Of a stretch of DNA of 64,000 nucleotides, positions 18,053 through 26,452 are shown in pieces. A program made the position numbers and the translations under genes. Source of the DNA: a virus; the IMG/VR virus record IMGVR_UViG_3300045988_086533, positions 5,140 to 69,139 of that record; one strand, given 5' to 3'. Position 1 is the first letter of the stretch, and the number at the start of each line of letters is the position of its first letter. The notes beneath the pieces were generated by a model. That model made no database searches and had not been told where the DNA came from. It saw only the letters and a list, made by a program, of their open reading frames with translations.

Positions 18053-18484
18053 ATGAGTAAACAAGGTGGATGGACTAAAGGACGTAAAGGGGAAAAACAA
18101 CTGAAATTTAAAGCTAAATGTGATAAATGCGGAAGAGAATTTTATCCTAGAGAAAAAGAATTAGCTATATTAAAAGGATGTATTATTATTAGAGGGTTTG
18201 AATGTAGATGTGGTAAACAGTATGTAACTGTAGTAACTGATAATCAACTACGTAGAGAGATGGCACAACTACAAGATCTCTTAGAAACTTTTACAAAGAT
18301 CCAATATAAGAATAGATATGATGTAAATGAACAAATTAAAATACGTGGATTTGTACCACAAGAGATACAAGATAGAGTAAATAAAAAGGAAAAAGATTAT
18401 ATGGATGCAATAACAGAGCTTAGACGTGATATAGCTAAGAGAGGTAAAGAATTAAAAGAAAAATATAAAAATTATATAGACTAA
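18053..18484 (+). CDS. zinc-ribbon / coiled-coil protein inserted between portal and MuF genes
   Basis: ATG at 18053 after GGGAGG. CDKCG..CRCG ribbon, then a charged helical tail. Confidence 0.55.
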   Translation: MSKQGGWTKGRKGEKQLKFKAKCDKCGREFYPREKELAILKGCIIIRGFECRCGKQYVTVVTDNQLRREMAQLQDLLETFTKIQYKNRYDVNEQIKIRGFVPQEIQDRVNKKEKDYMDAITELRRDIAKRGKELKEKYKNYID

Positions 18485-18487
18485 GTG

Positions 18488-18516
18488 TTGACACTTAATA
18501 AAAATGGTACTATAAT
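18488..18516 (+). promoter_or_regulatory. sigma-A-type promoter, perfect consensus
   Basis: TTGACA-17 nt-TATAAT. Confidence 0.65.
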
Positions 18517-18522
18517 TTATAG

Positions 18523-18582
18523 GTTAGGACTAAATAAAAAGTGTGAAAAAATGAGAGAGGTTAATAAACCTCTCTTTTTTTA
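18523..18582 (+). ncRNA. candidate ~60-nt RNA from the consensus sigma-A promoter
   Basis: TTGACA-17-TATAAT is followed ~35 nt later by a terminator hairpin. There is no SD for the in-frame ATG at 18551. Confidence 0.35.
18553..18582 (+). terminator. intrinsic terminator of the short RNA
   Basis: AGAGAGG / CCTCTCT stem followed by TTTTTTT. Confidence 0.6.
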
Positions 18583-18610
18583 TACAATAAATTATATAGG
18601 AGGTGGAGGT

Positions 18611-20515
18611 ATGGCTAAGACAAGATTTATTAGTGATACACAAACGGAGAATGGATTAGAGTATTTAAAAACACTAAATGATCAATTAAGAAATAAACCA
18701 AAGGAATTAACTAAAAAGCAACAACAACAGATAATACAAGTCTATAAAAATGCTTATATGGATATAATAAATAGGAATATTAAAAGTGCTTATGGCAATA
18801 GTAAAGAAGTAAAGAACTTAACTGCCGCATATAGTCAACAGATATATGAAGAACTACAGAAGGTGATGAAGAAATATAATAACCAAACTGCTACAGATAT
18901 GGCCAATATAAATAAACAAATGATGAAGCTATTAATGGGAGATGGATATCAACAGATTAAAGACCAAGTGGATAAATTAGTTGATATAGTTAATGCGGAT
19001 ACTGTGGAACAGATAGTGCAGGGTAAGTTATATGAAAAAGGTAAAGGACTAGATAAAACGTTGTGGAATGCTGCTAGTAAAAGTGGTGAAAAGATAGAAG
19101 ATGCAGTAGCTAGTTGTACTGCTGAAGGTATGGGAGCCGCTGAGATGGCTGAGAACTTAAAACAGTTTGCTATGGGTGGCCATCATACATGGAGTAGAAA
19201 TAAGATAAGAGAAAAACTAGGTAGTGGATATGCAAGAAAATATAGTGGTGGATTAGACTATGAGTCACTAAGATTAGCACGTACTACAATAACCCATCAA
19301 GCACAAGTGGAAACTATAAATACTAAAAGAGTTAATCCTTATATGGGCGGAGTACAATGGCATAGTAACCACGAAGCAGGTAGAACTTGTGCTTTATGCA
19401 ACGAACTGGATGGCCGTGTATATATAATAGACAAGGAAGATGTACCACTTGACCATCCAAATGGAGCGTGTTGGCTAGAGCCTGTATGGATGATTAATGG
19501 TAAGAAAGCAACACCAGAGGATATAGCGAAGGATATGAAAGCATGGGCCAATGGTGAACCTAATAGTGGTGCAATGGACAAAATACCTGAGTATAAAGGA
19601 CTAGGAGGACGTAAGCAACCAGTTAAACCAATTAAACCGGTTAAGAAAACAGTTAAGCCAGCAACTCCTAAAAAACAAACTGTTAAGAAACAAACTATCG
19701 AGAAACAAACTCCTACTGCTGCGTTTAATAAACTTACAGAACAACAATTGCAAGAGTATAAAGATGCCTTCTTAAAACATGGTATGAAAAAACGTGCTGA
19801 CGTTAAATACTTGAAGGAAGCTGCAGAAGCTATGTTAAATGATTTCCCTGCTCACTTCCAACAAGCGTATTATCGAATGAGTAAGGGAATAAAGGGATTC
19901 TGGGAAACAAGTAAAGATGAGGCATATTACACTAATGGTAGTAAAATAATAAGCATGAACTGTAATAAAGAACTTAAAAACGTGGAAAAATATAAATATT
20001 ATAAATTTGCGGTTTGGTTCCATGAAACAGGCCATGCTATGGATAACTTACTTACATTAGACAGTAATGGAAGAACTACTGGTAGATTAAGCTACGATAA
20101 GGAATTCCAACAAGCATTAATTAATGATTATGCTGCAATTAAAAAGAAATTAGTAAAACAGAAATATCCTGACATGAGCGATGCAGAAATAGCGCGTACA
20201 TTTACCGACGAAAAATCATATGCTAAGTTATTTTACAGTGATTTAGCTAAAAACCATAAGACAAAAGGAATACAAGACGTTATAGACGGTTTATCTAACA
20301 GTGATTGTAGAGTTATGTGGGGACATGGTAAAAAATACTGGAATAGAAGTGGCACAGAGGAAGGTAGAATGAATGAAATCGCATCTGAGGCATGGGCAAA
20401 TATATGTGAGGCTCATGGTGATAAAGAAACTTTAGAATATGTAAATAAATATTTCCCGACTGCGACTAAAAGATTAAATGAAATAATAAAAAACAAATTA
20501 AAGGAGCTGAAATAA
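18611..20515 (+). CDS. minor head protein (Mu F / SPP1 gp7-like) fused to a C-terminal HExxH domain
   Basis: ATG at 18611 after AGGAGGTGGAGG; the in-frame upstream extension covers a promoter and terminator. MuF-like N-terminal half, K/P-rich linker, FHETGHAM motif. Confidence 0.7.
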   Translation: MAKTRFISDTQTENGLEYLKTLNDQLRNKPKELTKKQQQQIIQVYKNAYMDIINRNIKSAYGNSKEVKNLTAAYSQQIYEELQKVMKKYNNQTATDMANINKQMMKLLMGDGYQQIKDQVDKLVDIVNADTVEQIVQGKLYEKGKGLDKTLWNAASKSGEKIEDAVASCTAEGMGAAEMAENLKQFAMGGHHTWSRNKIREKLGSGYARKYSGGLDYESLRLARTTITHQAQVETINTKRVNPYMGGVQWHSNHEAGRTCALCNELDGRVYIIDKEDVPLDHPNGACWLEPVWMINGKKATPEDIAKDMKAWANGEPNSGAMDKIPEYKGLGGRKQPVKPIKPVKKTVKPATPKKQTVKKQTIEKQTPTAAFNKLTEQQLQEYKDAFLKHGMKKRADVKYLKEAAEAMLNDFPAHFQQAYYRMSKGIKGFWETSKDEAYYTNGSKIISMNCNKELKNVEKYKYYKFAVWFHETGHAMDNLLTLDSNGRTTGRLSYDKEFQQALINDYAAIKKKLVKQKYPDMSDAEIARTFTDEKSYAKLFYSDLAKNHKTKGIQDVIDGLSNSDCRVMWGHGKKYWNRSGTEEGRMNEIASEAWANICEAHGDKETLEYVNKYFPTATKRLNEIIKNKLKELK

Positions 20516-20680
20516 ATGGTGGATAAATATAGAGAATTAGATGAGAAATATTATGAGATGTTTGATGATTATTTTCCAAGTTTTCAACTAGGACCTGATG
20601 AAGACAAAATACAACAGTGTATTGATGCCGGAAAGGATGCATATGAATTATTTAATTTAAAAGAAGATGTTAATTATTAG
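20516..20680 (+). CDS. hypothetical protein (54 aa)
   Basis: Not in the track. AAAGGAG SD. Paralogous to 20732..20881. Confidence 0.4.
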   Translation: MVDKYRELDEKYYEMFDDYFPSFQLGPDEDKIQQCIDAGKDAYELFNLKEDVNY

Positions 20681-20714
20681 TTAGTAAATCAGTAAGTTTT
20701 TCTATACTATATAT
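20680..20714 (+). promoter_or_regulatory. phage-specific promoter motif, copy 6
   Basis: GTTAGTAAA-N14-TATACTATATAT. Precedes 20732. Confidence 0.5.
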
Positions 20715-20731
20715 GTAAGGAGTTGATAAGA

Positions 20732-20881
20732 ATGAGAGAAAAATTACAAAACTATTTAGACAAGTTTGAACAACACTTTCCATTAATGGATGTAGAAGGA
20801 CTTACTGAACAAGAGATAATAGACATAATTGATAGATGCATACAGAGTGGCAAAACTTATGGAGAGATATTTTATAAATAG
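20732..20881 (+). CDS. hypothetical protein (49 aa)
   Basis: Not in the track. TAAGGAG SD. Shares the F..FP...E..I..I..GK.Y.E.F pattern with the previous gene. Confidence 0.4.
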   Translation: MREKLQNYLDKFEQHFPLMDVEGLTEQEIIDIIDRCIQSGKTYGEIFYK

Positions 20882-20893
20882 GGAGGGATTTGT

Positions 20894-21274
20894 ATGGTAA
20901 TACCTGAGGAAGTAAGAGTTGGAAGTGTATATTATAAAGTAGAATTAACTGATAAACCAATAATATTGAATGGTAGACAATGTTTAGGATTATGTGATAA
21001 GTATACTCACGAGATACAATTGGACCCATCACTACAAGATGACCAAAGTTTAATACAAACATTTTACCACGAATTAGCTCACGCAATGATGTTTGAGCGT
21101 GGAATAGATTTACAAGTATTAGGACTAAGTTATGATGACTATGAGAATGTTATAGATGGTATAGGGATAATGATGCACCAGGTATTACTAGATAATCCCG
21201 ATTTAACATTAACACCAGAGGAATTTGATGAAAAATATCCTCCAGAGGAAGAAGATAAAGAGACAACTAAATAG
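20894..21274 (+). CDS. HExxH metallopeptidase-like protein
   Basis: GGGAGGG SD. FYHELAHAMMFERG motif. Confidence 0.5.
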   Translation: MVIPEEVRVGSVYYKVELTDKPIILNGRQCLGLCDKYTHEIQLDPSLQDDQSLIQTFYHELAHAMMFERGIDLQVLGLSYDDYENVIDGIGIMMHQVLLDNPDLTLTPEEFDEKYPPEEEDKETTK

Positions 21275-21281
21275 ATAATAG

Positions 21282-21312
21282 AGCACTCAACCTAACAGTT
21301 GGGTGTTTTTTA
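21282..21312 (+). terminator. intrinsic terminator
   Basis: CACTCAAC / GTTGGGTG stem (one G-U pair) followed by TTTTTT. Confidence 0.55.
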
Positions 21313-21465
21313 TTGTCTATTTTTAGTTAATATTTTTTCGTAAAAATTAATATATAGATATGACAAAGGTTCTTGGTTATCCATAAAACCTCGTATTAAT
21401 GATGTTTTCTTTGTTTTCTCAAAACAATGATTTAATCGTCGATGGACGTTAAACTGGAGGTAAGT

Positions 21466-22122
21466 ATGGCAAAAAGAAAATTAAGAGAATTTTTAGCAGG
21501 ACTTGATAATGCTGCTGAGGTAGAATTAGCTATAACAAAAGCCCTAGAGGAACAGGGATGTAAAGTATTAATAGATGATGGTAAGGATAATAAATATGTA
21601 CCTAAAAACCGTTTAGATTCTAAGATAGCGGAGTTAGCAGAGGCTAACGAGGAAATAGATACCTTACAAAAGCAAGTAAAAAATCCTACTGAGGCGGAAA
21701 AACAAGTAAAAGCTCTACAAGATAAAATTGCCGGCATGGAGGAAGCTGCTAAAAAAGAAAAACTAACAACTGCCATAAATAAGGAATTAGCGGAAGCTAA
21801 ACCAAAAGATGTAAACGACTTATTGAAATTCTTAGATATGGAAAAAGTCGTATTAAAAGATGATGGTACTGTTGATGGATTAACAGACCAGTTAGCTACA
21901 TTACAAAAGGACAAGGCCTACCTATTCGATAATGTAGAATCACAATCACAACCTAACAAGGGTTTTTTAAATCTTGGTTCTCCTGGAAAACCAAGTAATC
22001 TAAATGCCTTTGGTAGTAAAACTACACACGAAGGCGACTTTGGTTCACTATTAGGAAAACAATGTAGTGAACAAGCACAACAAGTTGATAGTAATTATTT
22101 TTTTAATAACAACGATAAATAA
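21466..22122 (+). CDS. head scaffolding protein (putative)
   Basis: ATG at 21466 after GGAGG. Helical and charged, located upstream of the major capsid gene. Confidence 0.55.
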   Translation: MAKRKLREFLAGLDNAAEVELAITKALEEQGCKVLIDDGKDNKYVPKNRLDSKIAELAEANEEIDTLQKQVKNPTEAEKQVKALQDKIAGMEEAAKKEKLTTAINKELAEAKPKDVNDLLKFLDMEKVVLKDDGTVDGLTDQLATLQKDKAYLFDNVESQSQPNKGFLNLGSPGKPSNLNAFGSKTTHEGDFGSLLGKQCSEQAQQVDSNYFFNNNDK

Positions 22123-22141
22123 TAATTAGGAGGTGGCATTT

Positions 22142-22540
22142 ATGCCAAAATTAAGAAGTAAGAAAATATTAGCACCTGAAAAAGAGATATTAGCATTTCC
22201 TGACCATTATGTAAATTTACCAGGAACAATAACTTATGCTAACTTAAAAACAATGGCAGTGGCTGATGATGATTTTGAGGGAGCAAAAACACTTAAAAAA
22301 GGTACAGTAGTAGCATTCGATGAAGATGGAAATGTAACTGCAGCTGCTGCTGGATCATCAACTGCGGCTGCTACTGGAAATGGTATAGTATTTAATACTA
22401 TAAAATTAGACGATTTTGATGAAACTGACGTGGCTATAAACGTGGCAGTATTAGTACACGGTTTCGTAAGAAAAGATAGACTAGTTGGAGCTGATAACTT
22501 AGACACTAAAAATACTTTAATCCACGTGGTAAATAAATAG
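22142..22540 (+). CDS. head-associated protein (decoration-like?)
   Basis: Lies between the scaffold and capsid genes. Ala/Gly-rich middle. Start at 22142 chosen on SD spacing. Confidence 0.4.
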   Translation: MPKLRSKKILAPEKEILAFPDHYVNLPGTITYANLKTMAVADDDFEGAKTLKKGTVVAFDEDGNVTAAAAGSSTAAATGNGIVFNTIKLDDFDETDVAINVAVLVHGFVRKDRLVGADNLDTKNTLIHVVNK

Positions 22541-22553
22541 GAGGTGCTTATAA

Positions 22554-23654
22554 ATGGCAAATGTAAATTTATTTGATTATATAAATGCGAAAGAAATCGC
22601 AGCATACGTAAAAGAAAACCCACTAAACAAAGAACCATACTTCGCTGAAACATTATTTCCTTCAAGAACTAGTATGGGAACTGATATAAGCTGGTTAAAA
22701 GGTGCTAATGGACTTCCAGTAGCATTACAACCAAGTGACTACGACGTTAAAGCTCGTATGAGAGAAAAAGAAGGATTCGAAGCAGTTGCTACTGAAATGG
22801 CATTCTTTAGAGAAGCTATGAGAATTGGTGAAAAAGATAGACAACAATTAAACTTATTATTAGCTCATCCTGATAATACTGTAGCATTACCATTAATAAG
22901 AAAAATATTTGATGAAGCTGCTAGATTAATAGAAGGTGCTAGAGTTCAAGCTGAAATAATGAGATGCCAATTAATGACAACTGGTAAAATAGATGTTGCT
23001 AGTGCAGATGGTAGAGCTCATTATGTATATGATTATGGTATGACAAACTTATACAAAGCTATTAGAGCTGAATGGCAACCAGCTGCTAAAGCTACTGCTG
23101 ATCCAGTTAGGGACTTAATTGATATATGTGATGATATGGAACTTAAAACAGGAATAAGACCTTCAAGAGCAGTAATGAATAGAAACACATTCTTAAATAT
23201 GATAAATTGCGATACAGTTCAAAAAATGATGTATCCAGATGATTCTACAATGCATTACTTTGTAAGTGAACAACAAAAGAAAGCATTTATAGAACAAGTA
23301 ACTGGTGTATCAATTTATGTATATAGTAAAAAATTTGGTAAATTAGACCACGCAACTGGTTTAGCAAGTGCTACAAAACAGGAAGTATTAATACCAGATA
23401 ATAAAGTGGTATTAATGCCAGCTGGAAACTTAGGTAATACTGTTTACGGTACTACTCCAGAAGCATCTGACTTAATGTCAGGAACAGATGCACAAGTTGC
23501 ACAAGCTGCTTATGGTACTACTGTTACTACTTTCAAAGAAAAACATCCAGTACAAGTTGTTACTGTTGTTTCTTGTGTTATGATACCTTCATTCGAAGCA
23601 ATAGACAATTGTGCAGTAATAGATGTATCTAAACAAGGCGCTATAGGCGCATAA
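22554..23654 (+). CDS. major capsid protein
   Basis: 366 aa, strong SD, terminator downstream. N-terminus resembles the phage capsid E-like family. Confidence 0.7.
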   Translation: MANVNLFDYINAKEIAAYVKENPLNKEPYFAETLFPSRTSMGTDISWLKGANGLPVALQPSDYDVKARMREKEGFEAVATEMAFFREAMRIGEKDRQQLNLLLAHPDNTVALPLIRKIFDEAARLIEGARVQAEIMRCQLMTTGKIDVASADGRAHYVYDYGMTNLYKAIRAEWQPAAKATADPVRDLIDICDDMELKTGIRPSRAVMNRNTFLNMINCDTVQKMMYPDDSTMHYFVSEQQKKAFIEQVTGVSIYVYSKKFGKLDHATGLASATKQEVLIPDNKVVLMPAGNLGNTVYGTTPEASDLMSGTDAQVAQAAYGTTVTTFKEKHPVQVVTVVSCVMIPSFEAIDNCAVIDVSKQGAIGA

Positions 23655-23687
23655 TTAAATAGCTCATTGTATTCCCTTATATATACA

Positions 23688-23729
23688 GGTTAGGCGAGGC
23701 TAACACGGCTTAGCCTAACCAATTTTTTT
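23688..23729 (+). terminator. terminator after the major capsid gene
   Basis: GGTTAGGC / GCCTAACC stem followed by a T-run. Confidence 0.55.
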
Positions 23730-23744
23730 ATAGGAGGTGGTTAC

Positions 23745-24047
23745 ATGGTAGACGTTGATACTTTAAAGGTTTTAATATTAGAGGACCAGTATCCTACTTT
23801 TACAGATGACCAACTAGAAGAAATGGCTAAAATATATGACAACATTTACCAACTAGCTTATGTATGTTGTTTGGCGAAAGCGAGTGCAGATGAAATTACC
23901 ATAGGTGCTATTAAAATAAAAAACAGTGCTGATATGTGGAATAATATGGCTGCAATGTTTTTAGAGCAATATAATACAGACTCCGGCAATAGTAAAAAAG
24001 TAACCTCCCTAACAGGAAAGGTGCCACGTAGAGTAGATGAGCAATAG
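23745..24047 (+). CDS. head-tail connector protein (putative)
   Basis: Synteny only. Confidence 0.35.
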   Translation: MVDVDTLKVLILEDQYPTFTDDQLEEMAKIYDNIYQLAYVCCLAKASADEITIGAIKIKNSADMWNNMAAMFLEQYNTDSGNSKKVTSLTGKVPRRVDEQ

Positions 24048-24453
24048 ACAGTCTATCCAAGCCGGGGTAATTAAGAAAGTACAGAATGCCATAAATAATT
24101 ATGGTTATCAAGTACCAATATATAGGGATATATACCAAGTGGATGCAATGGGTTGTAAAGTACTAAAGGAAGAAATGTCTTATATACAAGACTTACAATG
24201 TGTAATAGATAATAGTTCCAGTAGCAGAAGTAAGAGCATAACTAATAATAACCAAGGTATTATAAAAGGTTATTCATATGCTACCTTATATGCTACATAT
24301 GAGGAAGACTTCCCACTACAGGAAGATGACTTCATAGTTTATGAAGATACTTATTACAAGGTGATAGAAATAAGCGATGTAGTACATTATAATCTACTAT
24401 ACCAAGTTTCATTGGAAAGGGTTGATTTAGATGGCGAATACAATAACATTTGA
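24037..24453 (+). CDS. head closure / adaptor protein (putative)
   Basis: Synteny only. Confidence 0.3.
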   Translation: MSNRQSIQAGVIKKVQNAINNYGYQVPIYRDIYQVDAMGCKVLKEEMSYIQDLQCVIDNSSSSRSKSITNNNQGIIKGYSYATLYATYEEDFPLQEDDFIVYEDTYYKVIEISDVVHYNLLYQVSLERVDLDGEYNNI

Positions 24454-24781
24454 CACTAAAGAATTTAATGATAAAATAAAAACTTTCAATAAAACTATGC
24501 AGGCTGAGTTAAAGGTGGTAGGTAGTACTATTAGTAAGAATATGCAAACATATGCTAAGGCTAACCATCCTTGGACTAATAGAACTAAATCAGCACAGAA
24601 TAAGTTAAAAGGTAAATATAAAGTAACTGAGAATGATTTAGATATTAGCATTGCACATGGCGTTGACTATGGATACTACCTAGAAACAAGAGCTGACTTT
24701 GATGGTAAATACAAAATATTAGAAGAGGCCAGGGATAGTGAGGTTGATAACTTTAAAGGTATGATACAAAACTTGTTTTAA
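24431..24781 (+). CDS. HK97 gp10-like neck protein (putative)
   Basis: Synteny and size, plus HPWTNRT..A segment. Confidence 0.4.
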   Translation: MANTITFDTKEFNDKIKTFNKTMQAELKVVGSTISKNMQTYAKANHPWTNRTKSAQNKLKGKYKVTENDLDISIAHGVDYGYYLETRADFDGKYKILEEARDSEVDNFKGMIQNLF

Positions 24782-24795
24782 AGGAGGGTTAAAAA

Positions 24796-25152
24796 TTGAG
24801 TGCGAGACTTAATATATATAATGTAATAAAAGGTGTAATTAATACAGTGCCAGTCCATGACCGTCCTGCACGTATCACAGAGGATACTGCAGTAATAATG
24901 AGAACAAGTGCTAATCAAAGTTTCGATAACACTCTTTGTGGATGGGATAACTGGATTATATATATCTATACTCCACACAGTCCTCTACAACTAGATACGT
25001 TGAGAAACAAGGTTAGAAAAGCGTTATATTTAGCGGGCATTGAAATTACACATGATATGAGTGATGATATGTACGATCAAGATTTAAGATGTTATGTGTG
25101 TTCTTTGACTTGTAGAACACCAGTAATTTTTAATTATGATGATAATGAATAG
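24796..25152 (+). CDS. tail completion/terminator protein (putative, TTG start)
   Basis: AAGGAGGG lies 8 nt before the TTG. Synteny. Confidence 0.35.
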   Translation: MSARLNIYNVIKGVINTVPVHDRPARITEDTAVIMRTSANQSFDNTLCGWDNWIIYIYTPHSPLQLDTLRNKVRKALYLAGIEITHDMSDDMYDQDLRCYVCSLTCRTPVIFNYDDNE

Positions 25153-25166
25153 GAGGTAAGTGTAAT

Positions 25167-25736
25167 ATGGCTATATTATATAATATTAAAAAGGCAGTAA
25201 TAACTGAACTTGACCCAACTACAGGGGCAGCTAAAGAAAGTGGAGTTGTGGCTCATATAAAAACTGCACAAAAGGCTGAATTAGAACCAGTGCTTAGCGA
25301 AGGTGAAGAAGATATACTAAGAAATGATGTTAGTATATTAGCAGTTGTTAGAACAGAAGATTTAATTTATGGATATGATATAAAACTAACAGATAACCAA
25401 TTTGATGATACAATGGCAGGACTTGTAGCTGGGTATAAAGTGGAAAATGGAGATACAACTGGTACTAAAAAGTTATCAACTCCAATGATGAGTGAAGGGA
25501 ACGTGGCAAAACCATTTAAACTAGACTTATATGTTGCTAACTACAGTGGAGATTCAATTGTCAACTATGCAAAAGTTACATTGAATAAATGTACTGGTAA
25601 ATTCCCTACAATGACAGTAGGAGATGGATTCTTTGCTCCAGAGTTTGAAATAAAAGCTAGAGAAAATACTAAAGCAAAACTACCAATAAAAGAAATAACA
25701 TTTGTGAGTGAGTTACCAGAAGACCCTGCACAATAA
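25167..25736 (+). CDS. major tail protein (siphovirus type)
   Basis: Position before the chaperone pair and tape measure. No sheath gene present. Confidence 0.55.
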   Translation: MAILYNIKKAVITELDPTTGAAKESGVVAHIKTAQKAELEPVLSEGEEDILRNDVSILAVVRTEDLIYGYDIKLTDNQFDDTMAGLVAGYKVENGDTTGTKKLSTPMMSEGNVAKPFKLDLYVANYSGDSIVNYAKVTLNKCTGKFPTMTVGDGFFAPEFEIKARENTKAKLPIKEITFVSELPEDPAQ

Positions 25737-25762
25737 TATAATGTATATAGGAGGGAAATACA

Positions 25763-26161
25763 ATGAGTGAGTTAAAAGTAATAAGTGCCAGAGAGTTTAG
25801 AAAAAAGGCCACTAGAATAATTGAAATAGATGGATTTGAACCGGGTGAAAAAATAGCAGTAAGAATAAAACCCGCGAGTTTATTAAACCTTATGATGAGT
25901 GGCAAACTTCCTAACAATTTATTAGGTACAGTAAATGACTTATTTGAGCAAAAGGACAATGCACAAGCAATGCAATTATTTGAGCAAGATGAAAATAAGA
26001 TAAAAGATATAATGGAAATAATAGATTTAGTGTGCGAACAAAGTCTAGTAGAGCCAACATATGAAGAAATTAAGGACGTGATTACAGATACTCAAAAGAT
26101 GCAAATAATGGGTGAAGCACAAGGAAATGTGAATGCGGCTATACCCTCTATTCCAAAGTAG
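25763..26161 (+). CDS. tail assembly chaperone (G-like)
   Basis: Position immediately upstream of the tape measure. Acidic, 132 aa. Confidence 0.5.
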   Translation: MSELKVISAREFRKKATRIIEIDGFEPGEKIAVRIKPASLLNLMMSGKLPNNLLGTVNDLFEQKDNAQAMQLFEQDENKIKDIMEIIDLVCEQSLVEPTYEEIKDVITDTQKMQIMGEAQGNVNAAIPSIPK

Positions 26162-26393
26162 GAGGATACTAAATGTTATTTCTACTGCTAAGACTTTTGG
26201 ATGTAGACCTAGTGATCTATTAGGAATAGATGAAGATGACGTGTATGGTCGTTATTGCATAGATGAAGCTGCAACATATCTATACAATATGATGCAACCT
26301 GATAAAGATGGCAAAACTAAAAAACCAACATTCATAGAAGATATTAGAGAAAGTAAAACTAAAAATCCGGGTTTAGATTTACTATTAGGCTAA
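26133..26393 (+). CDS. tail assembly chaperone extension (T-like part, probably reached by frameshift)
   Basis: The ORF opens just after a TGA at 26130. It overlaps the G ORF by 29 nt in the +1 frame and has only a weak AAGGAA SD before its own ATG at 26133. Confidence 0.4.
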   Translation: MRLYPLFQSRRILNVISTAKTFGCRPSDLLGIDEDDVYGRYCIDEAATYLYNMMQPDKDGKTKKPTFIEDIRESKTKNPGLDLLLG

Positions 26394-26400
26394 TAAAATT

Positions 26401-26430
26401 AACAGTAGGACAGTAGTTCTACTGTTTTTA
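26401..26430 (+). terminator. weak terminator/attenuator before the tape measure gene
   Basis: AACAGTAG / CTACTGTT stem followed by TTTTT. Confidence 0.4.
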
Positions 26431-26452
26431 ATTTATAAAGGTGGTGAATAAT

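Noticed and set aside
18485-18610. The N-terminal extension of the MuF-like ORF offered by the track (start 18485, or ATG at 18551).
   Set aside because: The extension would be translated across a consensus promoter and a terminator hairpin and has no SD. AGGAGGTGGAGG precedes the ATG at 18611 at ideal spacing.
21432-21914. Long minus-strand ORFs in the track (for example 21432..21914, 44748..45272, 26998..27567, 22234..22665 and 410..802).
   Set aside because: All are antisense to + strand genes with strong SD sites and recognisable motifs. Their products are low-complexity S/L/F/I-rich strings, typical of the reverse frame of AT-rich coding DNA. None has an SD or a promoter.
26172-26222. 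An ATG 6 nt after AGGAGGA at the end of the chaperone gene, as a possible independent start for the downstream chaperone ORF.
   Set aside because: It is in a third frame and gives only a 16-aa peptide (MLFLLLRLLDVDLVIY). The SD-like sequence is probably incidental or related to frameshifting.
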